This document shows positions 1 through 13,300 of a stretch of 64,000 bases of DNA, in pieces. Position 1 is the first letter of the stretch. Every line of letters begins with the position of its first letter. This DNA comes from the human T2T-CHM13v2.0 reference genome, Homo sapiens. The notes beneath the pieces were generated by a model. The model searched no databases. It worked only from the letters and a program-made list of their open reading frames with translations, and was not told where the DNA came from. The position numbers were made by a program, and so were the translations under genes. The DNA lies in assembly GCF_009914755.1 (NCBI RefSeq), contig NC_060946.1. One strand, written 5' to 3'.

Positions 1-5
1 GATAT

Positions 6-22
6 TCCCGTTTCCAACGAAA
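6..22 (-). promoter_or_regulatory. CENP-B box (canonical); first of about 188 box positions in the window
   Basis: TCCCGTTTCCAACGAAA reverse-complements to TTTCGTTGGAAACGGGA, matching YTTCGTTGGAARCGGGA. Confidence 0.97.
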
Positions 23-178
23 TCTTCACAGCTATCCAAATATCCACTTGCAGATTCTACAAAAAGAGTGTATCCAAACTGCTCTGGCAAAAGGAAGGTT
101 CTTCTCTGTTAGGTGAGTGCATACGTCATAAAGGAGTTTCTGAGAATGTTTCTGTCTAGTGGTTATGGGAAGATATTT

Positions 179-195
179 GCTTTTTCACCGTAGGC
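179..195 (-). other. A-type (pJalpha-like) site in a box-less monomer, alternating with CENP-B boxes
   Basis: GCTTTTTCACCGTAGGC reverse-complements to GCCTACGGTGAAAAAGC, similar to the pJalpha motif CTAYGGTGRAAAAGGAA. Equivalent sites lie at ~520, ~860 and ~1200 and every 1364 bp thereafter. Confidence 0.7.
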
Positions 196-347
196 CTCAG
201 AGCGCTCCAAATATCCACTTGCACATACTACAAAAAGAGTGCCTCAAAGCTGCTCTCTGAAATGGAATGTTCAACTCTATGAGTTGAATGCAAACATCAC
301 AAAGACGTTTCTGAGAATGCTTCTGTCTAGATTTGATATGAAGATAT

Positions 348-364
348 TCCCGTTTCCAACGAAA
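348..364 (-). promoter_or_regulatory. CENP-B box (canonical)
   Basis: TCCCGTTTCCAACGAAA, 342 bp after the previous box. Confidence 0.97.
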
Positions 365-684
365 TCTTCAAATCTATCCAAATGTCCACTTGCAGATTCA
401 ACAAAAAGTGTTTTTCAGAACTGCTCTATCAAAAGAAAGATCCACCTCTGTTAGCTGAGTTCACACATCCAAACAAGTTTATGAGAATGCTTCTGTCTAG
501 TTTTTATTTGAAGATATTTCCTTTCTCACCATAGACCTGAAAGCTGTCCTAATGTTCACTTCCAGATACCACAGAAAGAGTGTTTAAAAACTGCTGTACG
601 AAAGGGAATGTTCAACTCTGTGACTTGAATGCACACATCACAAAGAAGTTTCTGAGGATGCTGCTGTCTACTTTTTATACGTAA

Positions 685-701
685 TCCCGTTTCCAACGAA
701 A
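685..701 (-). promoter_or_regulatory. CENP-B box (canonical) at the end of the shortened dimer
   Basis: TCCCGTTTCCAACGAAA preceded by the shortened flank CTACTTTTTATACGTAA. Confidence 0.97.
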
Positions 702-1026
702 TCCTCCAAGCTATCCAAATATCCACTTGCAGATTCCACAGAAAGACTGTTTCAAAACTGCTCTGTCAATAGAAAGGTTCAACTCTGTTAGCTGCGTGCA
801 TATATCCCAAAGAAGATTCTGAGATTGCTTCTGTCTAGTTTTTATGGGAAGATATTTCCCTTTTCACCGTAGGTGTCAAGGCGCTCCAAATGTCCACTTC
901 CAGATACTACAAAAAGAGTGTTTCAAACCTGCTCTGTGATAGGGAATATTCAACTCTGTGACTTTAATGCACATATCACAAAGAAGTTTCTGAGAATGCT
1001 TCTGTCGAGATTTTATATGAAGATAT

Positions 1027-1043
1027 TCCCGTTTCCAAAGAAA
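1027..1043 (-). promoter_or_regulatory. Disrupted CENP-B box (CGAA>AGAA); the same allele occurs at ~5119, ~14666 and ~17393
   Basis: TCCCGTTTCCAAAGAAA: C>A at 1039 destroys the TTCG core of NTTCGNNNNANNCGGGN. Confidence 0.9.
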
Positions 1044-1368
1044 TCCTGAAATCTATCCAAATATCCCCTCGCAGATTCTACAAAAAGAGTGTTTCAAAAC
1101 TGCTCTGTAAAAAGAAAGGTTCAACTCTGTTAGTTGAGTACACACATCACAAACAAGTTTCACAGAATGCTTCTTTCTAGCTTGTAGGGGAAGATATTCC
1201 CTTTATCACCATGGGCCTCCAACCGTCCGAAACGTCCACTTCCATATACTACAAAAAGAGCGTTTCAAACCTGCTCTATGAAAGGCAATGTTCAACTCTG
1301 TGACTTGAATGCAGACATCACAGAGCAGTTTCTGAGAATGCTTCTGTCTAGATTTTATAAGAAGATAT

Positions 1369-1385
1369 TCCCGTTTCCAACGAAA
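1369..1385 (-). promoter_or_regulatory. CENP-B box (canonical), one HOR after the box at 6-22
   Basis: TCCCGTTTCCAACGAAA. Confidence 0.97.
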
Positions 1386-4300
1386 TCTTCACAGCTATCC
1401 AAATATCCACTTGCAGATTCTACAAAAAGAGTGTATCAAAACTGCTCTGTCAAAAGGAAGGTTCTTCTCTGTTACGTGAGTGCATACGTCATAAAGGAGT
1501 TTCTGAGAATGTTTCTGTCTAGTGGTTATGGGAAGATATTTGCTTTTTCACCGTAGGCCTCAGAGCGCTCCAAATATCCACTTGCACATACTACAAAAAG
1601 AGTGCCTCAAAGCTGCTCTTTGAAACGGAATATTCAACTCTATGAGTTGAATGCAAACATCACAAAGACGTTTCTGAGAATGCTTCTGTCTAGATTTGAT
1701 ATGAAGATATTCCCGTTTCCAACGAAATCTTCAAATCTATCCAAATGTCCACTTGCAGATTCAACAAAAAGTGTTTTTCAGAACTGCTCTATCAAAAGAA
1801 AGATCCACCTCTGTTAGCTGAGTTCACACATCACAAACAAGTTTATGAGAATGCTTCTGTCTAGTTTTTATTTGAAGATATTTCCTTTCTCACCATAGAC
1901 CTGAAAGCTGTCCTAATGTTCACTTCCAGATACTACTTAAAGAGTGTTTCAAAACTGCTGTATGAAAGGGAATGTTCAACTCTGTGACTTGAATGCACAC
2001 ATCACAAAGAAGTTTCTGAGGATGCTGCTGTCTACTTTTTATATGTAATCCCGTTTCCAACGAAATCCTCCAAGCTATCCAAATATCCACTTGCAGATTC
2101 CACAGAAAGACTGTTTCAAAACTGCTCTGTCAATAGAAAGGTTCAACTCTGTTAGCTGCGTGCATATATCCCAAAGAAGATTCTGAGATTGCTTCTGTCT
2201 AGTTTTTATGGGAAGATATTTCCCTTTTCACCGTAGGCGTCAAGGCGCTCCAAATGTCCACTTCCAGATACTACAAAAGGAGTGTTTCAAACCTACTCTG
2301 TGAAAGGGAATATTCAACTCTGTGACTTGAATGCACATATCACAAAGAAGTTTCTGATAATGCTTCTGTCGAGATTTTATATGAAGATATTCCCGTTTCC
2401 AACGAAATCCTGAAATCTATCCAAATATCCCCTCGCAGATTCTACAAAAAGAGTGTTTCAAAACTGCTCTGTAAAAAGAAAGGTTCAACTCTGTTAGTTG
2501 AGTACACACATCACAAACAAGTTTCACAGAATGCTTCTTTTTAGCTTGTAGGGGAAGATATTCCCTTTATCACCATGGGCCTCCAACCGTCCGAAACATC
2601 CACTTCCATATACTACAAAAAGAGCGTTTCAAACCTGCTCTATGAAAGGCAATGTTCAACTCTGTGACTTGAATGCAGACATCACAGAGCAGTTTCTGAG
2701 AATGCTTCTGTCTAGATTTTATAGGAAGATATTCCCGTTTCCAACGAAATCTTCACAGCTATCCAAATATCCACTTGCAGATTCTACAAAAAGAGTGTAT
2801 CAAAACTGCTCTGTCAAAAGGAAGGTTCTTCTCTGTTAGGTGAGTGCATACGTCATAAAGGAGTTTCTGAGAATGTTTCTGTCTAGTGGTTATGGGAAGA
2901 TATTTGCTTTTTCACCGTAGGCCTCAGAGCGCTCCAAATATCCACTTGCACATACTACAAAAAGAGTGCCTCAAAGCTGCTCTCTGAAACGGAATGTTCA
3001 ACTCTATGAGTTGAATGCAAACATCACAAAGACGTTTCTGAGAATGCTTCTGTCTAGATTTGATATGAAGATATTCCCGTTTCCAACGAAATCTTCAAAT
3101 CTATCCAAATGTCCACTTGCAGATTCAACAAAAAGTGTTTTTCAGAACTGCTCTATCAAAAGAAAGATCCACCTCTGTTAGCTGAGTTCACACATCACAA
3201 ACAAGTTTATGAGAATGCTTCTGTCTAGTTTTTATTTGAAGATATTTCCTTTCTCACCATAGACCTGAAAGCTGTCCTAATGTTCACTTCCAGATACTAC
3301 AGAAAGAGTGTTTCAAAACTGCTGTACGAAAGGGAATGTTCAACTCTGTGACTTGAATGCACACATCACAAAGAAGTTTCTGAGGATGCTGCTGTCTACT
3401 TTTTATACGTAATCCCGTTTCCAACGAAATCCTCCAAGCTATCCAAATATCCACTTGCAGATTCCACAGAAAGACTGTTTCAAAACTGCTCTGTCAATAG
3501 AAAGGTTCAACTCTGTTAGCTGCGTGCATATATCCCAAAGAAGATTCTGAGATTGCTTCTGTCTAGTTTTTATGGGAAGATATTTCCCTTTTCACCGTAG
3601 GCGTCAAGGCGCTCCAAATGTCCACTTCCAGATACTACAAAAAGAGTGTTTCAAACCTACTCTGTGAAAGGGAATATTCAACTCTGTGACTTGAATGCAC
3701 ATATCACAAAGAAGTTTCTGAGAATGCTTCTGTCGAGATTTTATATGAAGATATTCCCGTTTCCAACGAAATCCTGATATCTATCCAAATATCCCCTCGC
3801 AGATTCTACAAAAAGAGTGTTTCAAAACTGCTCTGTAAAAAGAAAGGTTCAACTCTGTTACTTGAGTACACACATCACAAACAAGTTTCACAGAATGCTT
3901 CTTTCTAGCTTGTAGGGGAAGATATTCCGTTTATCACCATGGTCTTCAAACCGTCCGAAACGTCCACTTCCATATACTACAAAAAGAGTGTTTCAAACCT
4001 GCTCTATGAAAGGCAATGTTCAACTCTGTGACTTGAATGCAGACATCACAGAGCAGTTTCTGAGAATGCTTCTGTCTAGATTTTATAGGAAGATATTCCC
4101 GTTTCCAACGAAATCTTCACAGCTATCCAAATATCCACTTGCAGATTCTACAAAAAGAGTGTATCAAAACTGCTCTGTCAAAAGGAAGGTTCTTCTCTGT
4201 TAGGTGAGTGCATACGTCATAAAGGAGTTTCTGAGAATGTTTCTGTCTAGTGGTTATGGGAAGATATTTGCTTTTTCCCCGTAGACCTCAGAGCGCTCCA

Positions 4301-7300
4301 AATGTCCACTTGCACATGCTACAAAAAGAGTGCTTCAAAGCTGCTCTCTGAAAGGGAATGTTCAACTCTATGAGTTGAATGTAAACATCACAAAGACGTT
4401 TCTGAGAATGCTTCTGTCTAGATTTGATATGAAGATATTCCCGTTTCCAACGAAATCTTCAAATCTATCCAAATGTCCACTTGCAGATTCAACAAAAAGT
4501 GTTTTTCAAAACTGCTGTATCAAAAGAAAGATCCACGTCTGTTAGCTGAGTTCACACATCACAAACAAGTTTATGAGAATGCTTCTGTCTAGTTTTTATT
4601 TGAAGATATTTCCTTTCTCACCATAGACCTGAAAGCTGTCCTAATGTTCACTTCCAGATACTACAGAAAGAGTGTTTCAAAACTGCTGTACGAAAGGGAA
4701 TGTTCAACTCTGTGACTTGAATGCACACATCACAAAGAAGTTTCTGAGGATGCTGCTGTCTACTTTTTATACGTAATCCCGTTTCCAACGAAATCCTCCA
4801 AGCTATCCAAATATCCACTTGCAGATTCCACAGAAAGACTGTTTCAAAATTGCTCTGTCAATAGAAAGGTTCAACTCTGTTAGCTGCGTGCATATATCCC
4901 AAAGAAGATTTTGAGATTGCTTCTGTCTAGTTTTTATGGGAAGATATTTCCCTTTTCACCGTAGGTGTCAAGGCTCTCCAAATGTCCACTTCCAGATACT
5001 ACAAAAAGAGTGTTTCAAACCTACTCTGTGAAAGGGAATATTCAACTCTGTGACTTTAATGCACATATCACAAAGAAGTTTCTGAGAATGCTTCTGTCGA
5101 GATTTTATATGAAGATATTCCCGTTTCCAAAGAAATCCTGAAATCTATCCAAATATCCCCTCGCAGATTCTACAAAAAGAGTGTTTCAAAACTGCTCTGT
5201 AAAAAGAAAGGTTCAACTCTGTTAGTTGAGTACACACATCACAAACAAGTATCACAGAATGCTTCTTTCTAGCTTGTAGGGGAAGATATTCCCTTTATCA
5301 CCATGGGCCTCAAACCGTCCGAAACGTCCACTTCCATATACTTCAAAAAGAGCGTTTCAAACCTGCTCTATGAAAGGCAATGTTCAACTCTGTGACTTGA
5401 ATGCAGACATCACAGAGCTGTTTCTGAGAATGCTTCTGTCTAGATTTTATAGGAAGATATTCCCGTTTCCAACGAAATCTTCACAGCTATCCAAATATCC
5501 ACTTGCAGATTCTACAAAAAGAGTGTATCCAAACTGCTCTGGCAAAAGGAAGGTTCTTCTCTGTTAGGTGAGTGCATACGTCATAAAGGAGTTTCTGAGA
5601 ATGTTTCTGTCTAGTGGTTATGGGAAGATATTTGCTTTTTCACCGTAGGCCTCAGAGCGCTCCAAATATCCACTTGCACATACTACAAAAAGAGTGCCTC
5701 AAAGCTGCTCTTTGAAACGGAATGTTCAACTCTATGAGTTGAATGCAAACATCACAAAGACGTTTCTGAGAATGCTTCTGTCTAGATTTGATATGAAGAT
5801 ATTCCCGTTTCCAACGAAATCTTCAAATCTATCCAAATGTCCACTTGCAGATTCAACAAAAAGTGTTTTTCAGAACTGCTCTATCAAAAGAAAGATCCAC
5901 CTCTGTTAGCTGAGTTCACACATCACAAACAAGTTTATGAGAATGCTTCTGTCTAGTTTTTATTTGAAGATATTTCCTTTCTCACAATAGACCTGAAAGC
6001 TGTCCTAATGTTCACTTCCAGATACTACAGAAAGAGTGTTTCAAAACTGCTGTATGAAAGGGAATGTTCAACTCTGTGACTTGAATGCACACATCACAAA
6101 GAAGATTCTGAGGATGCTGCTGTCTACTTTTTATATGTAATCCCGTTTCCAACGAAATCCTCCAAGCTATCCAAATATCCACTTGCAGATTCCACAGAAA
6201 GTCTGTTTCAAAACTGCTCTGTCAATAGAAAGGTTCAACTCTGTTAGCTGCGTGCATATATCCCAAAGAAGATTCTGAGATTGCTTCTGTCTAGTTTTTA
6301 TGGGAAGATATTTCCCTTTTCACCGTAGGCGTCAAGGCGCTCCAAATGTCCACTTCCAGATACTACAAAAAGAGTGTTTCAAACCTACTCTGTGAAAGGG
6401 AATATTCAACTCTGTGACTTGAATGCACATATCACAAAGAAGTTTCTGATAATGCTTCTGTCGAGATTTTATATGAAGATATTCCCGTTTCCAACGAAAT
6501 CCTGAAATCTATCCAAATATCCCCTCGCAGATTCTACAAAAAGAGTGTTTCAAAACTGCTCTGTAAAAAGAAAGGTTCAACTCTGTTAGTTGAGTACACA
6601 CATCACAAACAAGTTTCACAGAATGCTTCTTTCTAGCTTGTAGGGGAAGATATTCCCTTTATCACCATGGGCCTCCAACCGTCCGAAACATCCACTTCCA
6701 TATACTACAAAAAGAGCGTTTCAAACCTGCTCTATGAAAGGCAATGTTCAACTCTGTGACTTGAATGCAGACATCACAGAGCAGTTTCTGAGAATGCTTC
6801 TGTCTAGATTTTATAGGAAGATATTCCCGTTTCCAACGAAATCTTCACAGCTATCCAAATATCCACTTGCAGATTCTACAAAAAGAGTGTATCAAAACTG
6901 CTCTGTCAAAAGGAAGGTTCTTCTCTGTTAGGTGAGTGCATACGTCATAAAGGAGTTTCTGAGAATGTTTCTGTCTAGTGGTTATGGGAAGATATTTGCT
7001 TTTTCACCGTAGGCCTCAGAGCGCTCCAAATATCCACTTGCACATACTACAAAAAGAGTGCCTCAAAGCTGCTCTCTGAAACGGAATGTTCAACTCTATG
7101 AGTTGAATGCAAACATCACAAAGACGTTTCTGAGAATGCTTCTGTCTAGATTTGATATGAAGATATTCCCGTTTCCAACGAAATCTTCAAATCTATCCAA
7201 ATGTCCACTTGCAGATTCAACAAAAAGTGTTTTTCAGAACTGCTCTATCAAAAGAAAGATCCACCTCTGTTAGCTGAGTTCACACATCACAAACAAGTTT

Positions 7301-10300
7301 ATGAGAATGCTTCTGTCTAGTTTTTATTTGAAGATATTTCCTTTCTCACCATAGACCTGAAAGCTGTCCTAATGTTCACTTCCAGATACTACAGAAAGAG
7401 TGTTTCAAAACTGCTGTACGAAAGGGAATGTTCAACTCTGTGACTTGAATGCACACATCACAAAGAAGTTTCTGAGGATGCTGCTGTCTACTTTTTATAC
7501 GTAATCCCGTTTCCAACGAAATCCTCCAAGCTATCCAAATATCCACTTGCAGATTCCACAGAAAGACTGTTTCAAAACTGCTCTGTCAATAGAAAGGTTC
7601 AACTCTGTTAGCTGCGTGCATATATCCCAAAGAAGATTCTGAGATTCCTTCTGTCTAGTTTTTATGGGAAGATATTTCCCTTTTCACCGTAGGCGTCAAG
7701 GCGCTCCAAATGTCCACTTCCAGATACTACAAAAAGAGTGTTTCAAACCTACTCTGTGAAAGGGAATATTCAACTCTGTGACTTGAATGCACATATCACA
7801 AAGAAGTTTCTGAGAATGCTTCTGTCGAGATTTTATATGAAGATATTCCCGTTTCCAACGAAATCCTGAAATCTATCCAAATATCCCCTCGCAGATTCTA
7901 CAAAAAGAGTGTTTCAAAACTGCTCTGTAAAAAGAAAGGTTCAACTCTGTTAGTTGAGTACACACATCACAAACAAGTTTCACAGAATGCTTCTTTCTAG
8001 CTTGTAGGGGAAGATATTCCCTTTATCACCATGGTCCTCAAACCGTCCGAAACGTCCACTTCCATATACTACAAAAAGAGCGTTTCAAACCTGCTCTAGG
8101 AAAGGCAATGTTCAACTCTGTGACTTGAATGCAGACATCACAGAGCAGTTTCTGAGAATGCTTCTGTCTAGATTTTATAGGAAGATATTCCCGTTTCCAA
8201 CGAAATCTTCACAGCTATCCAAATATCCACTTGCAGATTCTACAAAAAGAGTGTATCAAAACTGCTCTGTCAAAAGGAAGGTTCTTCTCTGTTAGGTGAG
8301 TGCATACGTCATAAAGGAGTTTCTGAGAATGTTTCTGTCTAGTGGTTATGGGAAGATATTTGCTTTTTCACCGTAGGCCTCAGAGCGCTCCAAATATCCA
8401 CTTGCACATACTACAAAAAGAGTGCCTCAAAGCTGCTCTTTGAAACGGAATGTTCAACTCTATGAGTTGAATGCAAACATCACAAAGACGTTTCTGAGAA
8501 TGCTTCTGTCTAGATTTGATATGAAGATATTCCCGTTTCCAACGAAATCTTCAAATCTATCCAAATGTCCACTTGCAGATTCAACAAAAAGTGTTTTTCA
8601 GAACTGCTCTATCAAAAGAAAGATCCACCTCTGTTAGCTGAGTTCACACATCACAAACAAGTTTATGAGAATGCTTCTGTCTAGTTTTTATTTGAAGATA
8701 TTTCCTTTCTCACCATAGACCTGAAAGCTGTCCTAATGTTCACTTCCAGATACTACAGAAAGAGTGTTTCAAAACTGCTGTACGAAAGGGAATTTTCAAC
8801 TCTGTGACTTGAATGCACACATCACAAAGAAGTTTCTGAGGATGCTGCTGTCTACTTTTTATACGTAATCCCGTTTCCAACGAAATCCTCCAAGCTATCC
8901 AAATATCCACTTGCAGATTCCACAGAAAGACTGTTTCAAAACTGCTCTGTCAATAGAAAGGTTCAACTCTGTTAGCTGCGTGCATATATCCCAAAGAAGA
9001 TTCTGAGATTGCTTCTGTCTAGTTTTTATGGGAAGATATTTCCCTTTTCACCGTAGGCGTCAAGGCGCTCCAAATGTCCACTTCCAGATACTACAAAAAG
9101 AGTGTTTCAAACCTACTCTGTGAAAGGGAATATTCAACTCTGTGACTTGAATGCACATATCACAAAGAAGTTTCTGAGAATGCTTCTGTCGAGATTTTAT
9201 ATGAAGATATTCCCGTTTCCAACGAAATCCTGAAATCTATCCAAATATCCCCTCGCAGATTCTACAAAAAGAGTGTTTCAAAACTGCTCTGTAAAAAGAA
9301 AGGTTCAACTCTGTTAGTTGAGTACACACATCACAAACAAGTTTCACAGAATGCTTCTTTCTAGCTTGTAGGGGAAGATATTCCCTTTATCACCATGGGC
9401 CTCCAACCGTCCGAAACATCCACTTCCATATACTACAAAAAGAGCGTTTCAAACCTGCTCTAGGAAAGGCAATGTTCAACTCTGTGACTTGAATGCAGAC
9501 ATCACAGAGCAGTTTCTGAGAATGCTTCTGTCTAGATTTTATAGGAAGATATTCCCGTTTCCAACGAAATCTTCACAGCTATCCAAATATCCACTTGCAG
9601 ATTCTACAAAAAGAGTGTATCAAAACTGCTCTGTCAAAAGGAAGGTTCTTCTCTGTTAGGTGAGTGAATACGTCATAAAGGAGTTTCTGAGAATGTTTCT
9701 GTCTAGTGGTTATGGGAAGATATTTGCTTTTTCACCGTAGGCTTCAGAGCGCTCCAAATATCCACTTGCACATACTACAAAAAGAGTGCCTCAAAGCTGC
9801 TCTTTGAAACGGAATGTTCAACTCTATGAGTTGAATGCAAACATCACAAAGACGTTTCTGAGAATGCTTCTGTCTAGATTTGATATGAAGATATTCCCGT
9901 TTCCAACGAAATCTTCAAATCTATCCAAATGTCCACTTGCAGATTCAACAAAAAGTGTTTTTCAGAACTGCTCTATCAAAAGAAAGATCCACCTCTGTTA
10001 GCTGAGTTCACACATCACAAACAAGTTTATGAGAATGCTTCTGTCTAGTTTTTATTTGAAGATATTTCCTTTCTCACCATAGACCTGAAAGCTGTCCTAA
10101 TGTTCACTTCCAGATACTACAGAAAGAGTGTTTCAAAACTGCTGTACGAAAGGGAATGTTCAACTCTGTGACTTGAATGCACACATCACAAAGAAGTTTC
10201 TGAGGATGCTGCTGTCTACTTTTTATACGTAATCCCGTTTCCAACGAAATCCTCCAAGCTATCCAAATATCCACTTGCAGATTCCACAGAAAGACTGTTT

Positions 10301-13300
10301 CAAAACTGCTCTGTCAATAGAAAGGTTCAACTCTGTTAGCTGCGTGCATATATCCCAAAGAAGATTCTGAGATTCCTTCTGTCTAGTTTTTATGGGAAGA
10401 TATTTCCCTTTTCACCGTAGGCGTCAAGGCGCTCCAAATGTCCACTTCCAGATACTACAAAAAGAGTGTTTCAAACCTACTCTGTGAAAGGGAATATTCA
10501 ACTCTGTGACTTGAATGCACATATCACAAAGAAGTTTCTGAGAATGCTTCTGTCGAGATTTTATATGAAGATATTCCCGTTTCCAACGAAATCCTGAAAT
10601 CTATCCAAATATCCCCTCGCAGATTCTACAAAAAGAGTGTTTCAAAACTGCTCTGTAAAAAGAAAGGTTCAACTCTGTTAGTTGAGTACACACATCACAA
10701 ACAAGTTTCACAGAATGCTTCTTTCTAGCTTGTAGGGGAAGATATTCCCTTTATCACCATGGTCCTCAAACCGTCCGAAACGTCCACTTCCATATACTAC
10801 AAAAAGAGCGTTTCAAACCTGCTCTAGGAAAGGCAATGTTCAACTCTGTGACTTGAATGCAGACATCACAGAGCAGTTTCTGAGAATGCTTCTGTCTAGA
10901 TTTTATAGGAAGATATTCCCGTTTCCAACGAAATCTTCACAGCTATCCAAATATCCACTTGCAGATTCTACAAAAAGAGTGTATCAAAACTGCTCTGTCA
11001 AAGGAAGGTTCTTCTCTGTTAGGTGAGTGCATACGTCATACAGGAGTTTCTGAGAATGTTTCTGTCTAGTGGTTATGGGAAGATATTTGCTTTTTCACCG
11101 TAGGCCTCAGAGCGCTCCAAATATCCACTTGCACATACTACAAAAAGAGTGCCTCAAAGCTGCTCTCTGAAACGGAATGTTCAACTCTATGAGTTGAATG
11201 CAAACATCACAAAGACGTTTCTGAGAATGCTTCTGTCTAGATTTGATATGAAGATATTCCCGTTTCCAACGAAATCTTCAAATCTATCCAAATGTCCACT
11301 TGCAGATTCAACAAAAAGTGTTTTTCAGAACTGCTCTATCAAAAGAAAGATCCACCTCTGTTAGCTGAGTTCACACATCACAAACAAGTTTATGAGAATG
11401 CTTCTGTCTAGTTTTTATTTGAAGATATTTCCTTTCTCACCATAGACCTGAAAGCTGTCCTAATGTTCACTTCCAGATACTACAGAAAGAGTGTTTCAAA
11501 ACTGCTGTACGAAAGGGAATTTTCAACTCTGTGACTTGAATGCACACATCACAAAGAAGTTTCTGAGGATGCTGCTGTCTACTTTTTATACGTAATCACG
11601 TTTCCAACGAAATCCTCCAAGCTATCCAAATATCCAGTTGCAGATTCCACAGAAAGACTGTTTCAAAACTGCTCTGTCAATAGAAAGGTTCAACTCTGTT
11701 AGCTGCGTGCATATATCCCAAAGAAGATTCTGAGATTGCTTCTGTCTAGTTTTTATGGGAAGATATTTCCCTTTTCACCGTAGGCGTCAAGGCGCTCCAA
11801 ATGTCCACTTCCAGATACTACAAAAAGAGTGTTTCAAACCTACTCTGTGAAAGGGAATATTCAACTCTGTGACTTGAATGCACATATCACAAAGAAGTTT
11901 CTGAGAATGCTTCTGTCGAGATTTTATATGAAGATATTCCCGTTTTCAACGAAATCCTGAAATCTATCCAAATATCCCCTCGCAGATTCTACAAAAAGAG
12001 TGTTTCAAAACTGCTCTGTAAAAAGAAAGGTTCAACTCTGTTAGTTGAGTACACACATCACAAACAAGTTTCACAGAATGCTTCTTTCTAGCTTGTAGGG
12101 GAAGATATTCCCTTTATCACCATGGTCCTCAAACCGTCCGAAACGTCCACTTCCATATACTACAAAAAGAGCGTTTCAAACCTGCTCTAGGAAAGGCAAT
12201 GTTCAACTCTGTGACTTGAATGCAGACATCACAGAACAGTTTCTGAGAATGCTTCTGTCTAGATTTTATAGGAAGATATTCCCGTTTCCAACGAAATCTT
12301 CACAGCTATCCAAATATCCACTTGCAGATTCTACAAAAAGAGTGTATCAAAACTGCTCTGTCAAAAGGAAGGTTCTTCTCTGTTAGGTGAGTGCATACGT
12401 CATAAAGGAGTTTCTGAGAATGTTTCTGTCTAGTGGTTATGGGAAGATATTTGCTTTTTCACCGTAGGCCTCAGAGCGCTCCAAATATCCACTTGCACAT
12501 ACTACAAAAAGAGTGCCTCAAAGCTGCTCTCTGAAACGGAATGTTCAACTCTATGAGTTGAATGCAAACATCACAAAGACGTTTCTGAGAATGCTTCTGT
12601 CTAGATTTGATATGAAGATATTCCCGTTTCCAACGAAATCTTCAAATCTATCCAAATGTCCACTTGCAGATTCAACAAAAAGTGTTCTTCAGAACTGCTC
12701 TATCAAAAGAAAGATCCACCTCTGTTAGCTGAGTTCACACATCACAAACAAGTTTATGAGAATGCTTCTGTCTAGTTTTTATTTGAAGATATTTCCTTTC
12801 TCACCATAGACCTGAAAGCTGTCCTAATGTTCACTTCCAGATACTACAGAAAGAGTGTTTCAAAACTGCTGTTCGAAAGGGAATTTTCAACTCTGTGACT
12901 TGAATGCACACATCACAAAGAAGTTTCTGAGGATGCTGCTGTCTACTTTTTATACGTAATCCCGTTTCCAACGAAATCCTCCAAGCTATCCAAATATCCA
13001 CTTGCAGATTCCACAGAAAGACTGTTTCAAAACTGCTCTGTCAATAGAAAGGTTCAACTCTGTTAGCTGCGTGCATATATCCCAAAGAAGATTCTGAGAT
13101 TGCTTCTGTCTAGTTTTTATGGGAAGATATTTCCCTTTTCACCGTAGGCGTCAAGGCGCTCCAAATGTCCACTTCCAGATACTACAAAAAGAGTGTTTCA
13201 AACCTACTCTGTGAAAGCGAATATTCAACTCTGTGACTTGAATGCACATATCACAAAGAAGTTTCTGAGAATGCTTCTGTCGAGATTTTATATGAAGATA

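Noticed and set aside
11938-11954. Box variants CCCGTTTTCAACGAA (also ~18757) and CCCGTTTGCAACGAA (48423) as inactive boxes
   Set aside because: The changes fall at non-essential N positions of NTTCGNNNNANNCGGGN, so they are not counted as disrupted.
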